Source: Octopus sinensis (Eukaryota). From it: a stretch of 64,000 nt of DNA. Below are positions 1 through 13,899 of this stretch, piece by piece. Within the stretch, counting starts at the first letter, position 1. Each line of letters begins with the position of its first letter. Location of the stretch: assembly GCF_006345805.1 (NCBI RefSeq), contig NC_043014.1, positions 48,050,001-48,114,000 of the forward strand, in the 5' to 3' direction. Made by a program: the position numbers and the translations under genes. The notes beneath the pieces were generated by a model. It was not told where the DNA came from. It saw nothing but the letters and a program-made list of their open reading frames with translations, and made no database searches.

Positions 1-856
1 CCTGGCTTCCCAGACCCCGGTCAAACCGTCCAACCCGTGCTAGCGCGGAAAACAGACGTTAAACGATGATGATGATGAAAGGCAAAGTTGACTTCGGCGG
101 AATTTGAACTCAGAACGTAACGGCAGACGAAATACCGGTAAGCATTTCGCCCGGCGTGCTAACGTTTCTACTAGCTCACCGCCTTATGTATGCATGGATA
201 CCACCTCCTGAATATTTGAACCTGGTTAACAGAGATGCACTATGAATAAAGATCAAGAGATTTATGCCTTGGAGAACAATGTGAAGTTTGTATATCATTA
301 ACGAGTGGTGATATGTGGTAGGCCGGATCAAAGTTCATAGATGTTAGACAAAAGGAAGGAGAATTGCCCAGTTTAGTTTTTGGCATCTATGCAAGTGTAG
401 AGAAGTGTTGATGTGCCTCATGAAATACCGATACACTCTATATTTCCTCATTAAAGTTTTAATTTACTCACAGAATTATTTTGGTAAAGTATACCTATTT
501 CTTTATTACCCACAAGGGGCTAAACACAGAGGGGACAAACAAGGACAGACATAGGTTTTAAGTCGATTACATCGACCCCAGTGTGTAACTGGTACTTAAT
601 TTATCGACCCCGAAAGGATGAAAGGCAAAGTCGAACCTCGGCGTAATTTGAACTCAGAATGTAACGACAGACGAAATACCGCTAAGCATTTCGCTCGGCA
701 TGCTAACGACTCTGCCAGCTCGCCGCCTATGTTTTGGTGAAGTATACCATTACCATCATCATCATGTTTGTGGTAAGACATCAGTTCAAATTATTCTAGC
801 ATGTACAACCTGATAAAGTGATGACGATGATGATGAGTAAAGCTGAAGTAACTTAC

Positions 857-896
857 CTTTGCCACTCTTGTTACAAACTGCTGCTGCTAAGAGAAC
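857..896 (-). CDS. ARCN1: Coatomer subunit delta (archain) coding exon 2, 40 nt, VLLAAAVCNKSGK+G
   Basis: Minus strand reads tttctttgcAG|gttctcttagcagcagcagtttgtaacaagagtggcaaag|GTAAGT. The peptide matches the delta-COP N-terminus as recalled (MVLLAAAVCTKAGKA). Downstream exons lie left of the window. Confidence 0.93.
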
Positions 897-1544
897 CTGC
901 AAAGAAAAAAGAAAGAATGTGTTAAAGTTCTGCTGAATCAAAAAACAAGTAGTTTTAGGTTCATCTGGGTGATTTCATAGGATTCAACAAGCACCTGGTA
1001 CCCAGCATATCTATGCATGGTCAATTAGTATTGAGTGTTACTACACAGCTCACTACCTACTGTAACCAGCACTACTATACAAAGCTGACTACTTATAGTA
1101 CCCAATACTACTATACACAACTGACCATCTAATGCCCTGCATTACTATACATGACTGGTACTTAGTAACACTACATAGCTGACCTTTCTACTACACACAA
1201 ATACCAAGTACACTAGCATTACTACACAGTCTTCCTAACATTTGAATCTACCCCTTTGGTGAAGTCAGTGAAGAAAGTCCAGTGTCAAAAGTCCTTGGTG
1301 AGATGAGGGAAAAAGATCCACTGGACAAAGATCTCAGTCACATCAAAGCTATTGAGGTTCAATTCAAACTGCTGTAGGTTAGTGTTTGCAGACAAATATA
1401 TACAGGGGTGTTGAGGGTTATGGTTGAGAGGAGAAAGGATTGGGTGAAAACCCATACCAGCAGGGAAGATGGCAAATGATGAGGATGATGATGATTTATT
1501 ATGGTGTGTGTGTGTGACTTGACTTGACAGCATTCACCCGGGGT

Positions 1545-1975
1545 GGGTTGAGCTGGCTTCATTCATCCTCAATGCTGCATCTCTCACAAACGCCAACCAG
1601 ACCTGGCGATTTGAGGCTAATGACCACGTGATCTCCAACCACTCCTTATTCCAGTGGGGAACGCCGTAGATATAGGGGCCTAGGTTGGTTTCCAGATCAG
1701 CCTTGACTGTCATCAGCCAGGTTTTTCGTTGTCCACCACATCGCTTTCGCCAACCCTGGAGGGGAGCTGGGGCAATTGCTTCGTAGATGAATTCTCCTGG
1801 TTGAGGATGGAGGGCATGACCCAGCCAACGCAGACGTCTCGTTAGGATGACTTATCGGGGGGGAGGTGATTCTGCACTGGTGTCGCACCGAATTGTTGGA
1901 GACAAAGTGATGCCATTGGACACAAAGGATGCGGTGTAGACAGAGGTGATCGAAGAATTCTGGTCGCTTAATAGA
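1545..1975 (-). mobile_element. Decayed RTE-like LINE, 3' end of ORF
   Basis: Minus-strand translation includes GWRKRCGGQRKTWLMTVKADL...WLEITWSLASNRQVWLAFVRDAA, typical of an RTE C-terminus; frameshifted. Confidence 0.6.
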
Positions 1976-3357
1976 ATCCTTCTAAGCGAAGGATTCGAAG
2001 TCTAGTGTGTGTGCATGTGAACAAGTGAGTGTGAGAGATAAACAGACAGTAGAGTTTTGTTTAGCTCCAGCTTTGCCCTGAGCATACAAACCTATGATTA
2101 CAGGCATTCCTGTCATGACCATCATGTCATTATAGGCATCATTTAACTCAGATTACATTATCTAATGTCCTTCCTTTTTTTTTAAAGACAGTAGTGTGTG
2201 ATTTGAGAGAAATTTGGTTGTTATTTCTAGCATGGCAAGAGACCACATAGTGAGTAGAAAAGGTGAGTGTACTAGGTAGGTCTGGCTTCACTGTAACAGT
2301 CTGTTGTTTAACAACACCAGAGACCATTGTAGTAGTGGTAGAAAATGAAGATATGAGAGGACACAGCACCTTCTCCCCAGCTGACCACCACATAACAGAC
2401 TCTCCACCCCTACACAGATAAACCTAAGCTTTTATCCTTTGGTATTGATTTTCACCTGCCCCCCCCTCACCCTAACCCCTACCACCATTACAATCTGTGT
2501 TCTTCCCATGTAACCCGGCAACTGTGGGTTATTGGCAAAGAGGAAGTGGGAGGAATGATCTAATCCACTTGAGCTTCTTCCTTTATTCATCTGCTCTCCC
2601 CAATACTCTGTCAGATGTTTCCTTTCTGCTCCTCCTCCTCCTCATTCTCAGACAGAAAAATGAATACCACAGCACCGTCATCATCATCATCATCATCATC
2701 ATCCCATGAGGCAATGTGGTCACTGAAACTCAAGAATATTTACCTTCAAATAATCTATACTGTCCTAAAGATTATGTCTAAAGTTACACTCAGTAAAACA
2801 GTATTAAATACAATTTGCCTGAAAAAACAAAAAAAAGAAGAGATGGTCATGGTTAGAATGTCTATGATTATATAAAGCTCTGCTCAATAAAGGCTCAGCT
2901 GGGGCTAAACAACAGCAACAACAGGTCCACTGTATAGCTGGGTTTTTTTCTTTACCTCTCCCCTCTAGTTATATTCACTGTCAGTTTCATGTCATTAAAG
3001 GGTAAATTTGTAAAGACCCCACCCTATGGTCATGAATGACCATGGGAGTGCACTTAGAAAGTTCCCCTCCAAGGCACAAGTCTGCTCAAGATTGTTCATG
3101 GAAGACCAGCAGTCACCCATGCATACCAACCTCCCATCTCCACGTCACCAGTGTTATCCAAGGGAAAGGCAAAGGGGCCCGATACAGCTTGGCGCCAGTG
3201 ACGTTGAAACTCATTTCTAAAGCTGAGTGAACTGGAGCAACGTGAAATAAAGTGCCCTGCTCAACAACACAATACACAGCCCAGTCTCACTACCTCATCA
3301 TTGTGAGCCCGACGTTCTAACGACTGAGCCATGCATACCATTAAGGTTCCACTAAAC

Positions 3358-3991
3358 CAGTGGTTCTCAACCGGTGTCTACATGTCCTTCGGGGGTCCAA
3401 GTAAGATTTTGTTGTTAAAATATGTGTGCAATAAATTAGTTATACCTCTACAACACACAAAATATAAAAATTTTTTTTATACAATAGGCGCGGGAGTGGC
3501 TGTGTGGTAAATAGCTTGCTAACCAACCACATGGTTCCGGGTTCAGTCCCACTGCGTGGCATCTTGGGCAAGTGTCTTCTGCTATAGCCCCGGGCCGACC
3601 AATGCCTTGTGAGTGGATTTGGTAGACGGAAACTGAAAGAAGCCTGTCGTATATATGTATATATATATGTATGTGTGTGTGTTTGTGTGTCTGTGTTTGT
3701 CCCCCTAGCATTGCTTGACAACCGATGCTGGTGTGTTTACGTCCCCATCACTTAGCGGTTCAGCAAAAAGAGACCGATAGAATAAGTACTGGGCTTACAA
3801 AGACTAAGTCCCCGGGTTCGATTTGCTCGACTAAAGGCGGTGCTCCAGCATGGCCGCAGTCAAGTGACTGAAACAAGTAAAAAAGAGTAATTCCTAGTAA
3901 TATTTAATTATGAAAATATAATGGGGTTTTATTTTATATACGTTGAATGGCTATGAAGGTCCAGTGGGTATAAAACGGTTGAGAACCACAG
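3358..3991. mobile_element. hAT-type MITE with nested family B SINE
   Basis: TIRs cagtggttctcaac / gttgagaaccacag; 8-bp TSD cactaaac / caccaaac. Confidence 0.75.
3487..3888 (+). mobile_element. tRNA/CORE-like SINE family B (about 400 bp, internal TA/TG microsatellite)
   Basis: Head ggcgcgggagtggctgtgtggta, CORE-like gtggcatcttgggcaagtgtctt, tail gactgaaacaagtaaaagag. Other copies 4556-4952 (+), 37628-38022 (-), 57047-57385 (-), partial 14510-14640. Confidence 0.85.
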
Positions 3992-6147
3992 CACCAAACC
4001 CATCTCTGCCCCATACAAGAATTGTTAGGCCACCCTGTTAATTACCACAGCTGACCACCAGTTCTACTGCAGTGACCTGCTATGTTGGTTAAGCCCTTTT
4101 GTTGTATTTCAAATGAAAAACATTACCTTTGTTCGAAATAATTTTTGAAATAATGTAGAATTTAGTAAAATAGCTGTCATTATTAAGCTTGTGTTTTAGG
4201 GAAAAAATTAACACATTTTGGTGGAAGATTTTAATTCAGATCATTAGAAAACAAGAAGTTAATCATAAAACCAGGGACCATCTCAGATAGATTGGTATCA
4301 AAAGATTTAAATAAATATTGGTTTCAAATTTTGGCACAAGGCCAGCAATTTCAGGGGAGGGCATAAGTCAGTTGCATTTACCCCGGGTGTTCAACTGATA
4401 CTTATTTTACCGACCCCAAGAGGACAGAAGGCAAAGTTGGCCTCGGCAGAATTTGAACTCAGAAAATAAAGATGAATGAAATGCTGCTAAACATCTTGCC
4501 CAGTAAGCCAACGTTCCAGTTCGCCATCTTAGATTAATGAAACAGTAAAAATATAGGCGTAGGAGTGGCTGTGTGGTAAGTAGCTTGCTTACAAACCACA
4601 TGGTTCCAGGTTCAGTCCCAATGCGTGGCACTTTGGACAAGTGTCTTCTACTATAGCCTCGGGCCAACCAAAGCCTTGTGAGTGGATTTGGTAGACAGAA
4701 ACTGAAAGAAGCCCGTCATATATATATATATATATATGTGTGTATATATGTGTGTGTCTGTGTTTGTCCCCCACAACATCGCTTGACAACCGATGTGGTG
4801 TGTTTACGTCCCCATAACTTAGCAGTTCAGCAAAAGAGACCGATAGAATAAGTACTAGGCTTATAAAAAATAAGTCCTGGGGTCGATTTGCTTGACTAAA
4901 AGGCGGTGCTCCAGCATGGCCACAGTCAAGTGACTGAAACAAGTAAAAGAGTAACTGATGGAGGACATAATGAGAGTAGGGAGAAGCAGAAACCAAACTG
5001 CACAGTGGGCCTACCTAAGCATTGGTGTTGATGTTATTTAGCCCCGGGTCTGTCTATCTCAGCCAGCTATCAATGGATCCCCCACCTGTGTGCTGACACC
5101 ATCCTGTTTTTAAAGTGTACTGCCATATATTTCTTTACTACCCACAAGGTGCTAAACATAGAGGGGACAAACAAGGACAGATAAAGGGATTAAGTCGATT
5201 ATATCGACCCCAGTGCGTAACTGGTAGTTATTTAATCGACCTCGAAAGGATGAAAGGCAAAGTCGACCTTGGCGGAATTTGAACTCAGAACGTAATGGCA
5301 GACGAAATACAGCTACGCATTTCGCCCGGCGTGCTAACATGTCTGCCAGCTCGCCGCCATAGCTGCTTCAAAGGTTCGGGGTTTCAATTAAAACCCCTAG
5401 TTTGAAGGTACTTGGAAGATTACAGGTGGGCGAGGTGAGATTTGAGTAAAAGAAGTGACTTTAGAGAAACTCCTTCACTGTGTTGTATGGTCCCTATTTT
5501 AAAGAGAGTAAGGGGTTTGTGGGGGGAAGATCTGGCTGCTATATTGAATAACTCAACTTTCTAATAACTCCTTCACTAGCATTTGATTAGCTTATGATAG
5601 TGGTGGTGGTGTGGATAATACTCAATACCAACACACCTAGTCAAGTCATACCAATTAGGTAGCCTCGACAGGATCATTAAGCCTGCTAGAAATAACAGCC
5701 AAACCTTCAAATTATATCTTTTCATAAATATAAATATTGGATAATGTAGTCATAGACATAACCCCAAAAAGATGGGATGGTCATGACTGGAATATTTTTG
5801 ATTATAGGTCAGCTGATTAGGGTTGACTCAGAGCTAAACATAATCGAGTTTACTTCAGCTGTTCTTAAATAGAGCTCTAAAGTACATCCACCAGCACTTC
5901 AGCTCACTCATCAGATGAACTAGATGCAGAGGTAAAGGACCAATCAACCCTGTCCTAAAGTTACTGGTGCTGTGGAAGACTGTCCTGCTTCTAATAACAT
6001 GTAATTTCTCTATCCAGGTTGTAACATAAACATGTTGTCACTACAAGTTCTAACATATGTTATTCTCCTCCTCTGCCTCCGACACAACCAGTCATACAGC
6101 TTTAGTCTATTTATGGCACAGCTGTTGCTGTGTATGAGGTGGGAGTA

Positions 6148-6179
<32 letters not shown>

Positions 6180-7877
6180 AGACTAAATGTTATTCATTGC
6201 TCCATTGTATCAGGTAAGTATATGTATCTAACCCAGTTTTTTAAAATATTGATCTTACTAAAATGCCTGCCAACAGACATGGCTCTTTCAGTTTGAAATA
6301 GGGGTCAGTTTATAAAGTACAACAAAGGTCAGTTCAGATACTATAACTGTACTATAATAGGGGCCACTATACTATAAATACTATAAATACAATTATAGGG
6401 TCCACCTTAGAAACTTTCCTGGGTACTATTATAGGGTTCAATTTACTACAGAAGTACTATCAGAAGGTCTAATTTATATACTGTAATTATTTGTGTAGGG
6501 TTCACTTTAGGTGTTATAACTATTAATAAGTAAGAAAGAAGAGAGGACTGTGCTGACATCAAGGAAATAGCTGTGCTTGATATGCAGAAAAAGAGGAGGC
6601 AGAGATTGCATAGAGTGTACCCAAGGGTAAACTATGGATATACAAGAGGGTGGTGGTTTGGTGGATTAGACTAATGGAAAAGATAAGACTTTGTACGTGG
6701 CAGATGCAGAGAAGTGGTTGTGATAGATGAAGAAATAAAGAAAAGAAAACAATGGTGTGTGTGTGTGTGCCGGTGATTGTAGTGTGTTGGTGTTGCCTGG
6801 AAGAAGAAAAACAAGAGTTTGATTTGAGACGGATTTAGAGAAACCTAAACAAGTGAAGGAGACAGGATGGAGAGAATAATCTGTGACACAGGAACGAAGT
6901 CTTAGACATGTGAAAACAAATGGAAATTAAGTTGTTGAAGGTCATTAGAGAGTGCTTCCAACTAGGTCACTGTGATCATCCACTAAGAACTGTTCAGCTA
7001 ACAATGTAGTCTCTCTATATGGTTGCTCCAGCTGCTGGAAAATACAGCCAAATCTCCCCTAAGATAACATTAACATTAAAAAGCAAAATTTAAATTGGAC
7101 ATTTTGAATAATTGTTTCTTTATTACCAACAAGGGGCTAAACATAGAGGGGACAAACAAGGGCAGACAAACGAATTAAGTCGATTACATCGACCCCAGTG
7201 CGTAACTAGTACTTAATTTATCGACCTCGAAAGGATGAAAGGCAAAGTCGACCTCGGTGGAATTTGAACTCAGAACGCAACGGCAGACGAAATACGGCTA
7301 CGCATTTCGCCCGGCGTGCTAACGGTTCTGCCAGTTCACCGCCTTAACCCTGATTACACTTATTCTGGAAAAAGAGACAGTCACAGTTGGAATGTCTTTT
7401 GAGCAGAAAGATAGCCAGGGGTTAAACAATAACAACAACTCTAGCAGATGCCTGTGATAATAGCAGTACAAGGACATCCCAACATCAAGCTGTTGTATGT
7501 CCCAATAAATGAGAAAAAGCCTGACATTTAAGAGAGGTGTAGTTGGCCATATTGTGAACTGAACTAACAAACAAGGAAGAAGCACAGAACCAGGGACAGG
7601 GGACAGAAAATAGGATAAGTGAAAATTCAAATATCACTTATACCATGAAGGAATCCCCAGAGTGATGGACTTTAGCAAATGGGCATTATATCTCCTCCTG
7701 AATAGGCAATTAGTTTACTGTAGAGAATGCACCCATATAAGTTGGCATCCATTGCTAATAGAAGGTGAAGTCAGTCAAACTTGGGTAATGGGTTTTGCTC
7801 AGAAACAACAAAATGCATGAAACAAAGTCAGGACCTAGGGATAATTAGTCCCTTAATTTATCCATTGAGTATTCACT

Positions 7878-7913
<36 letters not shown>

Positions 7914-9339
7914 AGGAATAGTAAACAAAGCAGAAGAAGAAAGAAGACAGGAGCTGAAAAAGAGAACAAGAGATATAAGAACAAAGGGAGGGGACAACAA
8001 AAAGGGGACATAAAACCTAAGGTAGGAGAGAAAGGGTTAGACAGAATTATGTTGGTTGTCATTTAGTGCATATTGTTGTATGTTAAATCATTGACAGGAG
8101 TGAAAATATGGGTAGTGAGTGAGTTCCAAAGGCTTGTGGCTTCAGAAAATAAGGGTTGGACAGAAGTGTTTAATAAGGGATCTAAATTGAAAGTGATGTT
8201 AGTAAGGCAGCTACATTGAATGCATTTATATGATATAGGACATCTACTGCAATAGTGATAGTGGTAGCTGGATAGTACAAGTCTAAGTAATCTCCACCCA
8301 TCCAGACACTTTCTGTATCCTGGTCAATGTTATTAGAGACACATATAGTCAGATTCAATTTCCAATCTACATCTAACTGGTTTCCGTGCCGGTGGCATGC
8401 AAGAGGAACCATTCGAGCGGATCGTTACCAGCATTGCCTTACTGACACCTGTGCTGTTGGCATGTGTAAAAAGATTCGAGCAAGGTCATTGCCAGTACCG
8501 CCTGACTGGACCCTGTGCCGGTGGCACGTAAAAGCACCCACTACACTCTCGAAGTGGTTGGCATTAGGAAGGGCATCCAGCTGTAGAAACTCTGCCAGAT
8601 CAAGACTGGTTCCTGGTGCAGCCATCTGGTTCGCCAGCCCTCAGTCAAAATCTTCCAACCCATGCTAGCATGGAAAGCAGACATCAAACGATGATGATGA
8701 TGATCTGCACCTAAATGCTAATGTACACGTGCAGTATTATAAGAAATAATAGCACACATGAATAGAAAAACTTGTCATAGATTTATAAAAGCAAAACAAA
8801 TTCACTTTAAGAGCAATAGTTTTAAAACCCAGGAGATATCTTTTTGGCACTGAGCCCTCAACTTGTGAAGTTTGAGGAGAGCCTGTTTTACGTTCAGTCA
8901 AATAAACTGGAGCAAGCAGAGTTAGGTGTCTTGTTCAGAGGCAGAACACAATGATCTGAAGTTAGGTTTGTACTATGGCCTCACAGCTATTGTCTCTCTC
9001 ATCTCCCAAACCCTGTAATAAAAATACATACTAAAACCTCCTACATAAAATTTTCATATTATAGAAAAATCAAAATAAACTTTAGATCATCAAGGATGGA
9101 CCTTTGTTTTATGTAACAAATAGAAACTACTTCAGCAAATTCAAATAGTGTCTTCAAGCTCAGATCAATAAAGTATTGTTTTTTAAACATTGGCTCAGCT
9201 ATTGAAATCGTGCACCAAAATGCTGCCAGTTTAAAGCTTATATAAACAAGCTGTTACCTCAAAGTTTGGGTAAGCAATGTATTGGCTGAATACTTGGAAT
9301 GACAAATTAGTAACTGAAAGTTTTGATTGATAAGCTTAT

Positions 9340-9790
9340 ACATCAAAGGCTGAACCAACAAGCTATTACCTGATTACTTGGATCAACACATTATTTCCTA
9401 AAAGCTTGGATCAACAAGCTATTGCCTAAAAGCTTAGGTCAACAGTTATTGCTTAAAAGCATAAATCAACGGGTTAGTGTTTAAAAACTTGGCTCAACAA
9501 GCTATTGCCTAAAAGTTTGGATCAATAAACTAATGCTTAAAAGCTTGGATCAACAAGCCAATTGCCTAAAAGCTTGGATCAATAAACTAATGCTTAAAAG
9601 CTTGGATCAACAAGCTATTGCCTAAAAGCTTGGATCAATAGGTTATTGCCTAAAAGCTTGGATCAACAGGTTATTGCCTAAAAGTGTAGATCAACAGGTT
9701 ATTGTCATGAAGCTTGGATCAACAGGTTATTGTCATGAAGCTTGGATCAACAGGTTATTGTCATGAAGCTTGGATCAACAGTTTGTCTCA
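9340..9790. repeat. About 28-bp minisatellite (aagcttggatcaacaggttattgcctaa)
   Basis: More than a dozen degenerate-to-perfect units, most homogeneous at 9640-9780. Confidence 0.88.
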
Positions 9791-10189
9791 AAGCTGGCAT
9801 AGTAGTTTAAGTATAAAGTTTTTAACATTAAGATCAAAATCAAAGGTAGTGAAGTGGCAAAAACAGTAGACCTTTATGTCAGAGTTCAAATCTCACCAAG
9901 GTTGGCTTCACTTTTCATCCCACAGGGTTAGATACAATAAATACCAGTCATATACTGGTATCCATTCATTTGATTGGCTTGCTGCCAACAGAAGAAATCA
10001 ATATTCAAATTGAAGTCAAAGACTGGATATTTGTGAATGCTTTCTGATAATTTCTTCCCTATTAATATCCATTTTTTAAAAATAAGTGACTTCTTTCTGG
10101 ATTATAAAGAAGTGAGTTCAGTCTCAGCTGATTCATGATAGTTTGTCTTATGATTTATTTACATACACTGCAAGTTATCATGTTGTTCC

Positions 10190-10472
10190 TTCTCGAGCCA
10201 TGCCTGGCTCATAAGGGCCGGTTTCCCGGTTTATTTGGCGTATAGGTTCCCCACCTGGACGGGACGCCGGTGAGCTGCAGGATGCAGGAGGAAAGAGTGA
10301 GAGAATGTTGTGGCGAAAGAGTCAGCAGAAGTCCCGCCATTACCTTCTGCCGGAGCCGTGTGGAGCTTAGGTGTTTCGCTCATAAACACACACATCGCCC
10401 GGTCTGAGATTCGAACCCGCGATCCCTCGACCGCGAGTCCACTGCTCTAACCACTAGGCCATGTGCCCCCAC
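10190..10472 (-). mobile_element. tRNA-derived SINE family E
   Basis: Minus-strand head ggcacatggcctagtggttagagc...ggttcgaatctcagaccgggcg. Copies at 19812-20103 (-); related heads with different bodies at 27208-27595 and 59262-59545 (+). Confidence 0.85.
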
Positions 10473-10589
10473 ACCAGTTATCATGTCAGTAGTATTAAAT
10501 GCTGACAGAAAGAGATAGTATAGATATACGCCAGAAAAGGTCTTCAAAATGGTAATGCAACCAAATTCTGGAATATGCTAATAAACATA

Positions 10590-10900
10590 TAGAGAGAGAC
10601 TGAAGACAATTAACCAGATATTGTTATCAAGGGCCACTAAGAAAAGAAATGCCTCCTAATTCATTGTTTCAATCCCCACAGATGATAATGTACTTCTCAA
10701 AGAAATGGAAAAATTATACAAATATATATAAAGATCTGGAAATAGAGATAACCTGAATGTGGGACCTGAAAACAGAAACAACCCCTATAATAATAGATGC
10801 TTTGGGGATGATCAAAACCTTACATGGACAAATGCGTAGTCAAAACCCAGGGATTTTCAAATATGCATAATTAGAAAATAGCATTACTAAGCATTGCAAA
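10590..10900 (+). mobile_element. Highly decayed RLE-type non-LTR fragment
   Basis: Fragments such as YKDLEIEIT*MW and PIIIDALGMI resemble the same RLE C-terminal motif as 21.6-22.1 kb. Confidence 0.45.
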
Positions 10901-11589
10901 GGCATAATACGGAATAAAATTACTACAGGAAAACTAACAGAACCAACACATTACACGGACACAAGAAGGACAGAGGTAGTCAGTAATGCAGCGAAAACAC
11001 ACACAACTACTAAGAAATGGTAGTGGTGCGAGTCATAGCAGTAGTTTCTTATTTCTTTATTGCTCACAAGGAACTAAACATAGAGGGGACAAACAAGGAC
11101 AGACAAAGGGATTAAGTCGATCATATTGACCCCAGTGCGTAACTGGTACTTATTCAATCAACCTCGACTCGAAAGGATGAAAGGCAAAGTCGACCTCGGC
11201 GGAATTTGAACTCAGAATGTAAAGACAGACGAAATACCGCCAAGCATTTCGCCCAGCGTGCTAAAGTTTCTGCCAGCTCGACGCCTTATCATAGTAGTAG
11301 TTTCTAACACAGAGTATGGCCTAAAGTTTTGGAAACAGGAGAGATTAGTCAACTGCATCGACCCTCACTGTATAGCTGGTATGTCATTTTATTGACTAAA
11401 GAAGGAGGAAGGGCAAAGGTGACCTTGGTGGGATTCAACTTTTGCTTCTTGCCTTGAATTTTGTATCTTTTGTCAAAATAAAGGCAAGTACTGTCAACCC
11501 CACCTACCATGAAATACAGAAAGCCTGTGTCTAAGTTAGAAATCATTATTATTACATTATTGTGTTGCCTTGTAAAGAACTCCATTTGC

Positions 11590-11920
11590 TGAGACCCCCT
11601 TCAGTCATGACTGACCATGGGATTGCACCTAGAAAGTTACCTTCCCAGACACAAGTCCAGGCAAGATTGTTTATGGAAGACCATCAGTCGCCCATGCATA
11701 CCAGCCTCCCCTCTCCACGCCACCAGTGTTATCCAAGGGAAAGGCAAAGGGGCCGATACAGCTTGGCACCTGCGACGTCGCAACTCATTTTTTACAGCTG
11801 AGTGAACTGGAGCAACGTGAAATAAAGTGTGTTGCTCAAGAACACAACACGCAGCCCAGTCCGGGATTCAAACTCACAACCTCACGATCGTAAGTTCGAT
11901 GCTCTAACCACTGAGCCATA
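11590..11920 (-). mobile_element. tRNA-derived SINE family D (about 330 bp)
   Basis: Minus-strand head atggctcagtggttagagc...gtgagtttgaatccc, then ttgagcaacacactttatttcacgttgctccagttcactc. Copies at 3010-3335 (-), 37015-37395 (-), 35925-36262 (+). Confidence 0.85.
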
Positions 11921-12210
11921 TTTCAAACACTTTAGCATTCAGATTACTCTGTCAAATGTATTGTTTCTTTATTCAAATTGTTTCGAATTAATCATGTATT
12001 ATCTTACAGCTTTGATGGTTTGATGATGTGATAGTTAATTTTTGAGAATGTCAGTGTAGGGTAGGTGTGAGAGGCTTGATATGGCCCGCCTGAATGTAAA
12101 ACATGTAGAATATTTGGGCCAGATACAGTCAGTTTAAATGTCATAGGGTTAAGGTGAGGGTACCTGAAGTTGGTTGCATGCAAATATAAAGATTCCTAAA
12201 GAGGACTACA

Positions 12211-12432
12211 TTAACCCTTTAGCATTTAAACCAGACACATCAGGCCCAAAATATTTTACCTGTTTTATGTTCAAACCAGTCAGATCCAGCTTTTCACACC
12301 CACTGTACAATGTCATTCTAAAAATAAATAACTACAGCTTTGAAATCCCAATGCTACAAGATAATGCATGATTAATTCAAAACAACGTGAATAAATATGC
12401 ATTACATTTGACAGAATGCTAAAAGATTAAAC
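12211..12432. mobile_element. piggyBac-like MITE (second family); partial inverted copy at 11930-12152
   Basis: ttaaccctttagcatt ... aatgctaaaagattaa termini. Confidence 0.6.
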
Positions 12433-12924
12433 TCAACTATCTGATTTGGCAGGGCTTCTACAGCTGGATGCCTTTCCTAACACCAACCACTCAACAGAGT
12501 CTAATGGGTACAGTTTTTTCATGACACAAGCACTAGTGAGATCACCTTGCAACTTCCAAGACTAAGGACTTACAGTGGATCCTATAAGTAAAAAAGAATA
12601 GAAGAGGGAAGGTGCATGATATTCAAGGTGGATGGAAGAGGGAAGTTAAAATAAGATGAGAGAATCAGATCTATAGTTGTGAGAGAGTCATCATTGTTTA
12701 ATCGTTTAACGTCCGCTTTCTATGCTAGCATGGGTTGGACGATTTTGACTGAGGGCTGGCAAACCAGATGGCTGCACCAGGCTCCAATCTTGATTTGGCA
12801 GAGTTTCCAGAGCTGGATGCCCGTCCTAACGCCAACCACTCCGAGAGTGTAGTGGGTGCTTTTACATGCCACTGGCACGGGGACCAGTCAGGTGGTACGA
12901 GGTCGTTGCCAGAGTAGACACGGA

Positions 12925-13484
12925 AAATTTTAAAAGATGATCGAAGTGAATAAAAATTATAAAAATATATAAGGATATTGTTAATTTACAATATCAGTGG
13001 CTACCATGCATAAAAGAACTATAAAGGCAAAATTATTAATTAATAATGAAGGGTACTACTTGTAGCACCAGCTTGCTAAAAATAGCAGTCAAAATGACTC
13101 AAAACCACAGTTTTCACTTGTACACAAGGGCAAAACTAAGGGAACTGGCCCTTGGTCAGTATTACTCAGACAAGAACAAAGTGATCATTCACAGGGTTCA
13201 AAATAATGGGATTTGGGCATGTTTGATTTTCCTTTTCAATTCTTTGTGTCTATGGTACAGAGTCTTTAAATTTTACTGCTTGTTCCCGCCTGTGGTTTTG
13301 AGTCGTTTTGACTGCTACTTTTAGCAAGCTGATGCTACAAGTAGTACCCTTCATTATTAATTAATAATTTTGCCTTTATGGCTCTTTAATGCATGCTAGC
13401 CACTGATATTATTGTAAATTATTAATAATAATATCCTTATATATTTTTATTATTTTAATTCACTTCGATAATATTTTTAAATTT
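12925..13484. mobile_element. Long-arm fold-back element (about 185-195-bp arms) plus a rearranged partial second copy at 13530-13865
   Basis: Arm 12925-13110 is the reverse complement of 13290-13484; the second copy abuts (TA)n. Confidence 0.7.
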
Positions 13485-13857
13485 GTTGTGGCATGAAAAA
13501 TTATTATTGAGCACATGGACAAAGCGAGCATGGTTTTGGCCCTGGGTCAGTATTACTCACTACAAGAACAAAGTGATCATTCACAAAATTTGAAATCACT
13601 GTGATATGGTTATGTCTGATTTTCATTTTCAGTTCTTTTCATCTATGGTATGGGGTCTTTAAACTTTACTGCTCATTCCTTCAATTTCGCCCTTGTGTAC
13701 AAGTGAAAACTGTGGTTTTGAGTCGTTTTGACTGCTACGTTTAGCATGCTGGTGCTACAAATACTACCCTTCATTATTAATTAATGATTTTGCCTTTATG
13801 GTTTATTTATGCATGCTAGCCACTGATATTATAATAAATTATTAACAATAATAATAT

Positions 13858-13899
<42 letters not shown>

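Noticed and set aside
3026-3230. Recurring ORFs such as MTDHGIAPRK/MGLHLES (also 11562-11805) and MLARRAKCLAVFRL
   Set aside because: Chance reading frames within multi-copy SINE families A and D.
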